A stretch of 52,909 nt of DNA, the filler included, from Catajapyx aquilonaris (taxonomy: Eukaryota), in assembly GCA_000934665.2 (NCBI GenBank). It is 3 parts of 3 records of this genome, joined end to end, with 100 filler letters (N's around TTAATTAATTAA, not from the genome) between each part and the next. Parts side by side here need not be neighbours in the genome. Positions count along the whole stretch, not along the records: positions 17,676 to 35,238 come from JYFJ02006916.1; 2 more parts are not named here. One strand, given 5' to 3'. The number at the start of each line of letters is the position of its first letter. Position 1 is the stretch's first letter. Below the pieces are notes generated by a model. It searched no databases. It saw only the letters and a program-made list of their open reading frames with translations, and had not been told where the DNA came from. A program made the translations under genes and the position numbers. Of this stretch, positions 20,601 through 35,338 are shown piece after piece.

Positions 20601-23600
20601 TTCCTTGATCCGGGTGGCTGACTGACTCTCAATCTGCTTCGCAGCCGGTCAAGGACGAAGCTCCTCCTCTTTTCCCTAATACCTGTGTGTTGGCTTGCTT
20701 ACGATATTCGCGGAGAGGTAGGTTTACAATCAGATATCGGTTCATTATTATCACCTGAAGAAATTTTTTGGAAGGATAATATTTTGATAAGAATAATGTT
20801 TCGGACAAACTTCGAAGGTTCCGATTTTTTTTAAATGAGCAATATATTGTTATTCTGCCCGTTAATATTGTTTCGGAAGCTACATCTAGTGAGATTGCAG
20901 ATTTTAGTTTATGGTAACACCTATAGATATATGAAAAGGCAAGGTCGCGCGGAGGGAAGCATACCTGACAGGATATGCCAGACCTACATTGCGTTTGAAG
21001 CCCAATTATCTCGGTAACGATGTTGTACAGATAGAATGACACCGTCATGCAAATTGATCGCAGTAATGCGCTTTGATGTTTCTGAGAATCAGTGATTGCT
21101 GACGATAGTCGTCTGTATTCAGAAGGAAAATTTTTGACATATCAATGAGCTGTATTTGCATAATGCAAAGTGATTGCATGCCAGCTGAAAATCACTATGT
21201 AAGAGACGTCAACAATACGTGCAATAACAAATTAGATGTGACTAACATCTGAAGTGCTATTATGTGTCTGTCATTATTTTACTACTATATGCTTATTAAG
21301 TTTTCTTTTTCAATAGCTCGCATTTTTGTCTTAGACCTATTTTATTCAAATCATCCCACATGATCAGACAGCTACACGGATATGGCCACCAGGTACTGTA
21401 CTGTATACTTATGCAGAACCAAGGACGTCTTGGGAGACAACTCGTGTATTTTCTCTTCGAAGGATTCTCAAAGAGGGAATGCGATATCAGGTCGTATAGA
21501 TTAGTTGATCTGGCAGTCAGTACTCGGTTAGAAACCTCATCCTGGAAGTTAGACATCGATGTAGTCTTACTTTATACATCACTGCATCTGGAGCGCTCGC
21601 AAACTTGAAACTATAGCATGTACAGTATACTTATAAGCCGGATTACAGCTATATTACACAGTTTGCGAATCTATGCATGCATGCATGGATGCACTGCATC
21701 GGTACCGCAAGAAAATTCAAACCCCGACAAAGATGATCCATAGCCTTTGATCATGTAGCACCTAAGATAAATGGCAGAAACATTTTTCTGCAGGCTAGTA
21801 CCCCTGCTGGAAACAAGATGGGTCCATGCAGCCTATATATTTGACAGATAGTATACTGCAACATACAGGTGTTTTAGCAGTAGACCCACGACTTCATAGA
21901 ATCTCGAGTTCTTCGAAGCTGTCCTCAGAGAACCATTCAAGGATGTCATATCTTCTCAATGAATGACACCATCATAGGTCCATCACGGACTCAACACATC
22001 CAATGATACACCAAATAGAAATTTTTACTCAAAGTCTCAACATTGCATTAAGCTAACTAGAATCCTTATAATTGACAATCTTCACTCATGAAATCCCATA
22101 AATTCGCATTCCACTGCACGTAAACAATATGTGCAAATGCTTAACGTATTGTCAGTGAATAGTATACAAATAATCCCAAGCTGTCCTGTCCTATTATACT
22201 CATAACCCAGCCAAGGCCACAAAATTGCGAGAGGCAATCATTGCCGTCATATTCACCCCATTTTGACACTTCGAAAACTGACCTTTGCCCCTGTTTTTGG
22301 CATCACCCAAATGGGCGTGGACATTTCGAAGGTTACTCGGAGGCGGGGAAGGAAACGAAAGAAAGCAGTCCGCACGATTAAGTTCAGTGGCACATATGCT
22401 GGAAATGGAAACGTGTGAGTCACAAGGAAGGGAGAAGGTTGACAACTACAAGATGCAAATTGGCAGCGTGAATAATCCACAGACGAAAGTGACTTAGACG
22501 ATGACTCACCTGCTTCCCCAGAACCTTTTTCGACTTCACACCTCAACTCCGATTGTGCGGTCTCTTTAAATAACATGTTTCAACCACAATACTTCAGTCA
22601 GGTGGTTATATGCAAATGTGAAATTTCTTCTCTTTAAAAAAACGCATAATTGTAGGAGTCCTAATCACAGAAAAAGAGAAAAAAAGGTTTTTGGAGTGCT
22701 GCTGTAAATCCGGACGAGAAGGGCTAATGGATTCACTTTCGGACCAGGCGCCCAGAACCGTAAGAGGATTTCGGGGATGGACCCGGAGATAAGACCCAAA
22801 GTGTTTCCCAATGGATTTTCCCCAAATTCTTCACCGCGGCATCTTGCTGCATTCACACGCTACCAGGGGGACCCTTCTTGTGCTCTTGATCCTAAGCTTA
22901 ATCTCGGGCATTTTTCCAACATAATGGTATCATGCGTTTGTTGAGGTTATTTCCAAGAAAGAAATTATTGCAATATTTATTTCCAATTATTAAGATGTGT
23001 GAATAAAAGCATCGTTATGGTAATAAAAATGGTACACAAAAATATAGGCAGGGTCTGTAATACTTGTACGTGCAAAATTAATTCATTGCTGGTGTAAGTG
23101 CATCAGTGCCAAAAATTCTAGAGATAATAGTAAAAACAGGAAAGGATAAGACTATCTATTGCTTTCAATTTAAAAGCCTTGGAGAACAATTGTTTAAAAA
23201 CATATGATACACCTACACAAAATGGCACGTCTGTCAACGCACTTTTCTGAATAATGTCCCATGACTACTAGCATCTGTTCTGGGTGATACCTTTCAGCCA
23301 TTGGAAATAGTTGCCATGCAGCCGGGAGATTACAGAATTGAGTCTGAGATTAAGTCATGGGGTTATCGCAGAGGTCTGCACGCACAATTTATTCCGGACT
23401 GGCAGTCCTTGAGGCGATGGACCCCGTTAAAGCAGCCATCTTGACCGATCAGCACTTTTGATACCTTCTTTATAACTATGTACAAATCTATATCGTTATT
23501 TGTGTAAAAAAATACATATGCGGCATATTAAATTAATTTCACCTCAGCAGGTCATCAAAACAAAACACGCCTTAATGTTATGCAATGTCACAAAAAACAA

Positions 23601-24072
23601 ATGCAATTCTCTGCACGCTATATCCTCACCTGCTGTAATTGTCAGGGAGTTATAATTATAGCGTGCTGCTTGGCCATATAATGTGGTGGTGTGACAAGCA
23701 ATAACGAAAAGGTCGATTTTCCTGGGGTTTACCCGTGAGAGGAGGGCCATTTGTTGTTCCTTTTCACTTTTAGTCACTGGGAAGTACGTTTTACTTTTAT
23801 GCGACAGGAAGCAGGTGCCCTCATAGAAGTGACATATCAATATCCGTTCATGATCTGTACGTGCGCAGAACACACACAGAGAATGGAAGGACATCGATCA
23901 TAAAGTCTTGGTATAACTTATTATTGCAATTAATAAAGTAACATCCAAAGTGGCATATAAATGAATTATTATTAATAACTTTCAAATGATACGTCGACTT
24001 TGACGAAATTCATTAACTGCATTATTCCACAGTATAAAAAGTTTTCAAAAAAAGAGAAAAAAAGCAGCACTA

Positions 24073-24146
24073 TGGCCCGCATGGGGGTCGAACCCACGAC
24101 CTTCGCGTTATCAGCACGACGCTCTAGCCAACTGAGCTAACGGGCC
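24073..24146 (-). tRNA. tRNA-Ile with anticodon GAT
   Basis: GGCCCGTTAGCTCAGTTGGCTAGAGCGTCGTGCT-GAT-AACGCGAAGGTCGTGGGTTCGACCCCCATGCGGGCCA, 74 nt. All four stems pair, the A and B boxes are intact, the discriminator is A, and an oligo-T Pol III terminator follows about 10 nt downstream. Confidence 0.93.
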
Positions 24147-24364
24147 CTTGCACTATTACGGTCGTCATCAGAATACTATTAAGTGATCCACACGTTACTA
24201 TACTTCTTAGCAAGGATATACTTCCGAGTCCGACCCACAGATATTGGCTTCACCGCAGATGACGTGTACTTGTCATTCAAAAATTATACTACACGGTAAC
24301 GAATATATTATTGCATAATGACGTGAAATGAGCAACTTTTGAACAAAGTATTAGAAGTATATGA

Positions 24365-24408
<44 letters not shown>

Positions 24409-24419
24409 GTAATAATAAT
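24365..24419. repeat. (AAT)n microsatellite
   Basis: Direct reading; it explains the poly-I and poly-L ORFs. Confidence 0.95.
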
Positions 24420-26876
24420 GCGAAGCAGACAAATGCAATACACGTAAACAAAAACCCCGGTGGAATTTCCCGAAATATGGAAAACACAACATCCCGTAAT
24501 GGGGCAGTACCTGCTCAGCGGTCAAAAGCATCAGGATGTGAACATCCTTGAGAAAATTCTCACGCCCGTTTAAGACCCGGATTTTCGCACACCCACGGCG
24601 TCACGTAAATAAAAATTCCCCGAGACGAGTCCTAAACAACCCCATTTTTAGTCCCCTTCTAGCAGGATTACATCACAAGAGAGAGTAAGGGTGCAGGAGT
24701 GACCTCACTGATAAGGAACAGTCTGAAATATATGGAGGAATCCCCTGACTGCACTCCGCGCACGACGATTAGATAGAGTAAACGCCCGACCTTCGCACTT
24801 CCGTCATACCGACAACAATAACGTGCAGTTGAGAAGGCGAGCATCAACTTGTCGGAACTTGAAAGAACATGTCAACCAATATGAGGTGCATTTTGAAAAA
24901 TGGTTGTCATGAGTGGGCAGTCTAGTGATCAAACATGATTGAATTCGATCAATCACAAGAATACTCTCGGAGATGAGCAGTACAGGTAGGTCACGTTTTG
25001 CGACAGAATTACGTTTCAGCAAAATAAGCTCGAAAAATAAAAAGTCGTAAAGACCCTGCCACAATGCACTACGAGAATTTTTTAATATCATTTAAAAAAT
25101 ATTTCATGTAAAACGACGTAAAATGGAGCGTCGTAAAATGGGGTATGTAGGTCAGAAGCGGTAACCTCAAACATATCTGAACTTTTAACTGGTTTGAAAA
25201 CATTTTCTGACCAATCACGGAGAGAAACGCGCTGTGATCGGCCTGTGATCTTAGGATCATGACACTCACCTGTCTTCGTCTGGCGAAGATGAAGGGGGGT
25301 CTACTTCAAAAGAATGACCTCAACTGTTGAGACTCGGATCATCTGGAAGGACCTCGGAAGATACGTGGTACCTGATGACAATGCAATAAACAGCACCTAT
25401 TACGGCATATCTTTGATGACAATTTGCTCTGCCCCTTTAATGCCAGTTTCACAATTAACATGCTGGCGCAATACGTCTTTAAAAAAAATCCCATTCCATA
25501 ATGGGTTACCTATTCAAATAATTGACAAAATTTGACTTCCATTATGGATATGAAAAATTCTGCGACCTACAAGGTTATCATTTACAAAAGCCATCAATCA
25601 CGCAATATTCAACGGGGCTTACATTATATATAAAATGAATGCGGAATTCATTGTACATTATTTTGTCCGAAAATTTTGGCGAATTTAATATCACACCGCA
25701 ATGGTATAAAATATAGGTTTAGGCTACCTTCACCAAACTTGTCCGAGTTACTGTTACGATGTAATAGTCGACTGGCTTATTTCTAACACACGTCTGAATA
25801 ATATTTCTATAAAATAATTCGATTTCCCTTTTCAATTACCTGCACATAAAGTACGTTATTTGCATTATAATTTGACAAATAAACTGGAAGAATAGATATT
25901 GTAAAAAATTAGGAATTGGTATTTCACATGCAGATATTTTTATATTGGCCGAGCTGCGAGTTAAAAATTAAATTGTAACTAAAATAATTATACTGTAATC
26001 TTGCATCGCACGCTGAAGGAACATTACCATGATGCTCATTACTAATATTTGTCATATTCTGCCCTTTACGTACCTGACATGCTAAATTGTCAATAAACAT
26101 AATATCTGCAACAACGCGCCACCCCACCAAACCATCAAATTGGCGCCATAATTTGAATACAAACATTTTGACCACCTCTTCTATCCCACCCAAACAGAAA
26201 AAGCGACATGCACCACGTGACATACCTGTCAGCCTACAACATGTCACCGGCACACACACCGCACTCGTCCCCGTATATACTTCCCCAGCACACGCACTCG
26301 ACACACGCCGATGCGTCCACTTGCTGGCCTGCCCAGCCACTCACTGACTGACTGACTACTGGCCTCTTCGTTTTCTAGCTTTCTAGCAGCTCAGCCTTCC
26401 CCTACCCCACCCACCGCTCCTTCCCCCTGTACCCACCCTCTGCTCCCCCCCCCCCTAGCCACCACCACCTTGTGTGATAGTGTGTAGATATATGGGGGCG
26501 GGGGTGGACTGGGTGCTCCGTATGGGTGCTGGGAGGGGTACAGGGTGGGGGTGGGTATTACTTAACCTGTATTCGCACATCTTGTTTACAAGACTCTGCA
26601 CTAGATTACAGAGTGATTCAAGCTTCCGCGCTAGCCAGTTCCTTCCGTTTCACTCAATCTTAGGAGTCTTAGTCACGGCTCTTTATCAGGTGTTGCGGCA
26701 ACTTAGGCAATAAAAGGTGTTTGGAATCTGGTGAGACATCGGTGACCAAGAATAGATCGGGTTAATCGTACGTACATTCGCAGTCAGACTATTATAGGGT
26801 CAGTTAAACTCCAGAAACATGTATAAGATGTGGAAATAAGCAATAGCTACCCTGGTAAGTGGAACTCTAGATACAC

Positions 26877-26929
<53 letters not shown>
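26877..26929. repeat. (ATT)n microsatellite
   Basis: Direct reading; it explains the poly-I and poly-N ORFs. Confidence 0.95.
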
Positions 26930-26930
<1 letters not shown>

Positions 26931-29900
26931 AAACGTCGACTGGACTGATGACGCACTGATCCGAAAGTGTCAGAATAGTGTAGTAATATTGCTCTCGATT
27001 GCTCTTCACTTCTCTAAAATCTAATCTCTAATGAATACCGAAGACATTGACTGATGCAGTTGTTTTAATTGTGTAATACCAATAATCTATTGAGTACAGC
27101 TGTCTATCAAGAGTAAAAAACCTTCATATAAGGAAACCAACGGTATAGTACCAGTCGCGGGGAATTCAGACCATATAGTGACATCGATACCAGCATGCAG
27201 GAACATTTACGATGTGTGTTGTCATTGAGATTGGACTCGACGCAGATGTGCGTACATGTCAATTACTATCACTGAATTTTTACTCTCTGCCACCCAAAAG
27301 ACAAATATGAAGCCGAAAAAAATATTCCGAAATTCGGTGTCTCGCTCTAGTGCGGCAATCGTCATAACCTGAGCTGATCTCTATAAGAGTCTATTCCCCC
27401 GACCACTGTCACCGTATATCAGCTGATTGAGCAAGGCCGCGCGATATCGTTGAATCTACTATAGAATTTAAAATGATGGAAGACACCTCTCTCGAAAACA
27501 CATCGTCCCTTTTAAGGTTGTTTGCCGGAGAAGAGTCGCAAGTGAGAGAAGAGGAACCTTGAGGAAGAAGCGACGAAGAAGATAGATGCTCGCGATGATG
27601 TTGGGGGGTGGGGGTGGGGAAAGATGGGAAGGGGGGTCCTGTAGGAAGAAGGGGGAAGGAGGAGGTTGCCTTTGGCCAGCAGCCCTGTGGTTAGAGGGGG
27701 GCTTTTCCGGCCTTTCCTCCTCTAATAGAGGCTGGGGGGCAATTCGGCTGATCACACGAGAACATCACTTACCACCCATCTACTCACTGTCATTACTCTT
27801 CCGACCCTAATTGCATCTCTCCTTCTCTCTCTTGGCTGCTGGCCTCTTTCAAATTTCTCTTCCAAATTCGCTCTAATCACGACCATGCTCCTAAGGGTCA
27901 TTCACACACGACATGGGGTAAACATGTCTTGTGAGTTGTGACAGCTATATGACAGCACAGCTCCAAAAACTATACCAATAATTCACATCTCGAATCTTAT
28001 GCAGCAAAAAATATTTAAAGCTATTGCGTAAATGTAACTTGACCTGGCACACTGTCACTGCCTCATCATCTGTCAACTGCAAGAGACGGCGAATATTTCA
28101 TTGCAGTACAGGCCATAGTCGTGCAATGTACTGCTGTATAAAATGGAAAAAGCTTGAGTTGATTGAAACATCCCGTTCATGCGAGAGTCGCAAAAATCAA
28201 CTCCTGCAATATTATAATTGTAGGGTTTATTAACCATGTAAACTATTCTCTAGACGCAGCCAACTTGGTTAGAAAATGTTCATGGGAGGAGATTCCCAGT
28301 AAAAAGGGGGTTGCAAATGACCTGATTAAAAATAATAACGTCTAGACGAGACACTTCCGTTCTAAAAATAGTTGTAGAGTGTACTTATTTTCTACCCATC
28401 TCTTTCTCAAGAACTCTACCTAATGTAAGCTATTCATACTTAAATTTTAATAGCTTATTTGAATAAGTATCACAAGTGCTTGAAGTGGGATATCACCAAT
28501 GAGGAGTAAGTGTATACGTAAAATGTGTGTTGACATGTTTCATAGAACATGATTATGTAACACAAAAAATTTCGCAAAATAATTTTTCACTCTTGCTCTC
28601 GTCTCCTGTAGATCTGTGAAGTACGAATAAGTACGTATACTGTGTCAGTTACCTGTATAGTATCTGTGACATACATTATATAGAGGGATTCCTCGAGCGT
28701 GAAAATACCTTGCCTTTTTGATGCAGGGGTACTTTCATTCTGTGTAACCAGTATATAGTGACGTGACAACTCCTTTGTATGTTTGTTTGTGTGAATTTGT
28801 CAGAATCATAACATGGCCATTATTTTTTATATTAATTTTCGGGTAATGCCACAGACTTATGCAGTGTGAAAATGAAATCATGGCAAAATGTAGTCTACCT
28901 AAGCAAAACAATAGAGAAATTCAGGGTCAAGGCACCGCAGTGAAATATTGTTTTCACAACCTTATAAATTCACCGGCAGTGTCATGCAGTAATGTAGCCT
29001 ACTGCATGTACAAACACATTGCGTAACATTTACTCCAACGGTATGAAACACTGACCACGAGGGTATGAGTCAGTGCTTACTAGCTTATACAGCATGTCGA
29101 GCTCTCCACTGATTACATATTGTAATAACGAGATATCAATTTCCTGTACAATATCGTATTTACTTTTATATTATATGCAAGCGAGTGTGAATTATCTTAT
29201 TGCCAAATTGGGCGAACCATTACATCCCATGCACCTTGTTCCAAAAATAATAAAAACACCTTACCCTTACTGAAAAATTTTGCGGTATGAAACATGGTGT
29301 AAATTAAGCATATCAGTAATTTTATTTTCCGACCACACACCCTGCACTGCAAAATCTGCATCAACCGATCAGTAACACAACCAACTGAGCCGACCACCTG
29401 CATATTCAACATACACCGTTTCCTCAACTGATAGAGATGGCGAACTGATAAACCGAACTTCCTAACCCCATCTGTCCCAGATACGACAAAGAGAGATGAT
29501 CACAACCAAGAATTCCTGCCACATCCAAAGAACCGCCAGAATAATTCATTCATCCCCCCATTGTTTTTTGTTGTTGCCGCAGCATCCTCTCAGATAGCGC
29601 CCAGATCGCACTAGTGAGACTCCCCACGCCATCTACACTCTCGCAAAAATGCGAAACCAGCAAGAAACGCTATCTGGCAGACATTCTTGTCTCCCACACC
29701 CAAGAGAGCCGCCAAAAGAGGTCATTTTTCATGAAACCTCCCCTTGAAACAAAAGGGAGCAGTTCTGGATCCTTATCTGGAGCAGTTCCGGAGTTTGTGG
29801 AAATTCCGGGCGGTCCAATCATCCATCCAGGTGCAGGGTGAGGGTTCTCTCGGTGGCGGCAACCACTTTTAAAAGTCAATAAGTAAGCGGAAAAAGGAGG

Positions 29901-32900
29901 GGAGACCATTCATCAGTTTGTGGGGGGGCTGCTCAAATAGTTATTTGCGTTGGCCTCCAGGGGGGAGGGCACTTGAGTGGTTGGGGAGGTCAGTAGGGGT
30001 CGGCTCCTTTTCTTTCGGGACTTTTGTCATCATCCTTTGTGGAANNNNNNCCCCCCCCCCCCCCTCTCATCTAACCACCCGCTTATTTTCTCCTCCACAA
30101 ATACACCCGCCCTCTTCCTGCCATGATGATGATGACCACCTGAAAAACGGGCATCCGGTTCGCCCTGATTTTTCTTGCTGTTTCATGCCATTATTGCACC
30201 TGACCTAGTCGGGCTGTGTCATTGCACATCATTCCCTTTTATAGGCATTGCGTATACGACAGGTATGACTCGCAGACTGCTTTTGGACTATACGACCGAT
30301 GAAATATTGCCAACGATAAGATGATCTGAAAGGAATGCTGGAATGTGAGGTATATGTGACGTATGAGCGGAATGTACTCCACAGGTAATACACAACAATG
30401 TGTAATACCGTTGTATCAAATCATGACTCTTCTTGTCCAGATAATACTGAAGTGAATCATGCCTAATCATGTAGGAATGTCTGATATCAACTTGCACTTG
30501 GAAGAATATTTGAAGTGCTGCACTCGATACGGCCATGGCCTAAACGCCATTTTGCCGCCAACAAGAAGTTATTGCCTTGCAGTATCAGGGAAGCAACAAT
30601 TGCAGACACGTGAATTTGGCCCTGATTGTCGCCTCCATTATTTAGAAGCACGGACAGGAATCGCCCCATCAACAAGGCCGCACGCCATCTGGCCTATACG
30701 ATCCACAAATTCGAACACATGCACTCAAGGTCAAGGGTCAAGTGCACAATGAAACAACACATTCGCACCCAATTACCACACTCAGTGAGAAATAGTAATA
30801 GTAATCTAACGTCAAGATATTTTCGAATAATCAGATATGGCATATCGTCATGAATTCAGAAACTCTGGTAGATAGCACACTCTGATGCAGTAGATGTGCG
30901 AGTGTGTGGGTGAATGGCACGTGAAGGTCTCTGGCAAGTGTCCAGATGCAGGTGGGATGTGACAGCCCAGAAAGAAGACGGTGGACGTGTGTGCGTGTAT
31001 ATGTCACCAGAAGTCAGGAACGCGGAATGAAAGTGGTGGGTGGCTCCAAAGCACATGATTCACTCGGCACATTTTGGTCAAGGCAGAGGTCGCGGGGGTG
31101 TCACGGTTCAAGAAAAAAAAATGTGCGAATTCGAATATCACATGGATTTGGCATCAGTACCAGAAGGAGGAGGACCAACTGCAAATAGACTCATTGTGTT
31201 CTGCAATCCAAGCTATTTTTAATCAGCGTGGGCCTCATCTCAAAGCCTATATTTCATCCTGGTACTAGTTTGCGCCAAAATATGAGTGAGTAAATAAAAA
31301 TCCCGCCAACAGTGCGTAGAATGCTTTGGAAGGTTGTAAATTACAATTAATTTAGCGTTCACCTTTCAACATATCGCCTGTTTTATGGTATGTAAACAAG
31401 CTTCTGCCTTCCACCTTACATTATCATGCTTGCTATTACGTGCCACATATACAAAATTAAATTCCCGCGTTGTATTAAAGAAGCTTCTAATTGGCCCCCG
31501 TTCTGCGCCTGCGCAATGGGGAAGTCAGCGCCTCTGGTGGGTGACAGGAGGAAACTCTCATATACGAATTTACAATGTATTAGTTTGATGACAATGTTTT
31601 TGGATCTCAACCATAACCCAGCCTGTCACGACTGAGACAAATAAAAGCGACAGTTTTCACACGGTGCAAAAATAAAGAGTCCTGATGGCTGGTATAGATG
31701 ACGTCCTTTGATTAGGCGGGAGAAGTGAAAAACAAGGCAGTGAATGCGGGCTAAGTTGAGTGAATGGGCCTGATAAAGGGAGATGGTTATCTTGGGCTAA
31801 GCGAAGAGGGCACATTCCTTGGGGAAAGCACCTTTGGAGGGCAGACCAATATCTTCCTTCGAGATCAAAGGTTAGGGAGACCTCCCCCGTGAAAGTATGC
31901 CAACAGCAGGGAAGGGGGATGGGTGGGGGTGGGCTGAACAGGTGCGCTCACCTGCTCACTAATCCTCTTCCTAATGACTCACTGGAATTCACCTCTAGGA
32001 ATGCGTTTTCATTTATCCGGCCCGTCCTAATCTAGCAGCCTTCATTAGTCTCCTCCCCCACCCCTCACCACGCCTTTGTTTTAAAGGTTTGGGCCTATCA
32101 TATTGCTCATTGTCAGATCTGAATAATACGAGCTGCCGCAAAAAAAAAAAAATCCACATTTTTGATATAGAGGTCGCTAATAATAATTCGTCAGCAATAT
32201 TCTCCCACAGGTGTCAGAAATTAACGTGTGGAAAATTAAAACTTTTTGAGAACACTCGTGATTCTATATACGTATATACCGGTACATATACAATTTCCGC
32301 GTATTCCCGATGACAGCAAGCGTAAAGCAGGGACGTAAAACTTTAGCAAGTTTTCTTTTAAAAATAGTATGCTACCAATGTACTGCACGTATGGTTGGTA
32401 ATATGGCCATGGCCTTCACAAATTATTGTTCCGGTTTCACATGCATGCGAGAGTAAAACAGAAAATCTGTAAACATCGTGAGGCCGAAGAAATAATGGAT
32501 AAAATTTAATGTCAACATGTATACTCCTTGCTAAAACGTCTGGCTAGAACAATAACGCTAATGACTGTAAGGTGTGGCACTATATATAGCACTTTATAGC
32601 AGTGCTGTAAAATGTTGATTCCTGTTGTACTGTATATAGCCCATGTGAGTAAAACTTTCACTGAAGAAGTAAATATAAAGCCTATAGCTTTGACTGATGA
32701 CAAGTCTGGAGCTGCATTCATATGATATACATGTTACCTGCAACGTGCCTAACAAGTAGTATAAGTGTATTTATCTTTAGGTACAGTGCGGTCCAGTGCA
32801 AATGAGGATCAAAATGAGAGGTTTTCAAAAATCCCCAATCTCATTACGCAACAAAGCTGAGGATGACCTGTTTTCGCATCATGCAAAGTCTGCTAATTTC

Positions 32901-35238
32901 AGCACGTGCGAGTGACTCCTACTCATCCCCAAAGTCATTTCTCAAAGGCAAGACAAGGATATTAGGCCTACGTTACTGTGTGCCAAGCTTAGCCGTTTTG
33001 ACACTCCTTATTCATCGTCACGTTTTTACAACCCTATTATGATTGCAGGTCAATAAAATGTGGCGACAACCTGGTGAGAGGCTCTATACAAGGGTGTTCC
33101 TCTGATGAATGCGCACTTCCTATCGAACCCAGGTTACTTGCAATAAGACAAAATTACCCAAGTTGATTTTGGCGATTTCCACTTTTAATAAAATTACACT
33201 TTTATTTTAGTATTTTCATGCTCACAAATAATAGGGACTATCCTGTGAGAATGCATCATTTTAAAATATGGTATAACTACATAATTATAACACAATATTG
33301 GTTCTGTATTTAATTGTGCAGGCCAAATAACTCCTTAGCCATGTAGAACATTATTTTTAGTGTCTACAGTAAAAACGCAATAAGAAAGACATTAGGGCTC
33401 TCTGTGAATGGATGCCACGAAGAGAAACTTATCTGTGAGTTACATCAAGAAGTGAATGTAAAGATGAAATCATTATTTCATGCTACGCATACTTTCCTAC
33501 GCATCTTAATGTTTTTATTCATCAATGACGCAATACTGTGATCGGTATATAGCGCTGCTCACACTCTGTGGTGATGTCCACGGCAAACCTGACCAATAAA
33601 TCATCCTCGCAACAAAGAAAGGAGGTAGTAAAAAGAAAAGAAAATTATACAACTTTATACCATACGATGTAGCTACCATGTCGTACTATACGTATAGTCC
33701 ACTTGCTAGTCCATCGTACTTATATTACTTCAATAAACGTTTTGTATTCCCCTTTCCTGCCCCAGCTGTTCTCCCCACAATGGCAACATAATTATGCCCA
33801 ACGGGGTAAATTAAATTAAGTTAAATTAAATTAATAAATAACTTCAATGAGCTAGATAAGCATAGTGTAATGACGTTCCCATGAGCAGTCGCAATTCGAA
33901 CTTATTGCTCGGATTCTACGAAGTTCTAGAAAGGAAAAAAAGAAAACCTTCTCGATTTTGTAAGCGAGGGTAAAATTCCACTTGCATCCTGTACCACATG
34001 GGTGAGCAAATAATAATTGACGTGCACGTCATTTCGGAACTTTTACATCAAAAGCGGATGTGCAGTGTATTTTTTAAGCGTTTAGCGTACTTGACGTAAT
34101 GGGGTTGGGTTCATTGGGATTCCCCTTGGCAGGATTTTTTCTCACGAGTTGTACGTTCTTGTGTAAGTAATCCAGATTTATAGCTTGGGATACACTAGGA
34201 ACATCACCGGATATTATTATGAATGGAGTAATGCTTTCCTCAGGTCTCGTCACCAGCCAAGTTCCCCTGGAGGCCTTCGTCCCAACAAACCGCAACAAAC
34301 AAACAAATTACAAATCGAAAATAGGCCTATCCTATACACTATACATGTAGAGTAGCGATCAACAATCGGTGTTCCTCAAGTCTGTCGGAAGGTTCCGCGA
34401 AGATATTGGGGGTAATGGCTGATTTATGAGACCTGTAGAGGAAAGCATCATGCTATATGCAGATGCAGTTGCCTGCCTCTTTTTTCCATCAATAAATGAG
34501 TAGGTCATTATCAAAACCAGACTATATCTGCTTCAGCAAGAATCCTTCAGAAAACACGAATTTAAGATTTAATAAGTATTTTCATGGCCCAGGTGACCTT
34601 GGCCAATGGGAGGTAGATGTAGACTACCTTAAAAATGTCCTATATTGGAAATATGGATTTAGAGCTAAATGCGTGTAACCAGGAATTAACACACTGGAAG
34701 TATCTGCGAGAGCCTCGTTTTGATATATCAGATATATCAGATTGATATATCATGTGAACTTGAATGCTGCAAACCTTTAAAACCTCAAATCAAAAGCATT
34801 TATGAAAATTGTGAAGGTTGAAAGAACCCACTTCTGGGGGAAATTCCATTATGGCGTGTTCAAATTATCAAGGTAGCACGTTACAAAATACTTATGACTT
34901 GAATTAAGCATTTCTATGGCCTCCAAGTAGAATATCTACCAGCAGTGCTCATAAAGAAGTCCAGTCTAATCATAAAATAACAGGATAAAAAAGGGTATGT
35001 TCCATTTAAAAAATTAATGAAGTATGTCTGTTCCAATGCAAAGACACTGAGGGGTGTGGTGGAGAAACATGATAACTTAACCGACATTTTTGTCATTTTT
35101 CACCTAAATACCTAGCAACTATGTAAAAGCTATGACAAACAGTTTGGTATACTCCATGTTCACGTATCATGAACGAGATGGCCACACAGACTAGATCAAA
35201 ACCAGCATTCCCTATGATTTGTTAAGAAAATGCAAACT

Positions 35239-35338
35239 NNNNNNNNNNNNNNNNNNNNNNNNNNNNNNNNNNNNNNNNNNNNTTAATTAATTAANNNNNN
35301 NNNNNNNNNNNNNNNNNNNNNNNNNNNNNNNNNNNNNN
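35239..35338. other. Artificial assembly linker (N44-TTAATTAATTAA-N44)
   Basis: Identical design to 17576-17675. Confidence 0.95.

Noticed and set aside
24073..24146. Bacterial or organellar origin of tRNA-Ile(GAT)
   Set aside because: The body is eukaryotic Ile-AAT type, there is no encoded CCA, a Pol III terminator is present, and there is no rRNA-operon context.
26395..26556. C-rich/G-rich imperfect hairpin or G-quadruplex as a regulatory element
   Set aside because: It is low-complexity sequence with only short exact complementarity, and nothing ties it to a function.
24289..27024. Poly-Leu/Ile/Asn ORFs resembling membrane or low-complexity proteins
   Set aside because: They are translations of (AAT)n and (ATT)n microsatellites.
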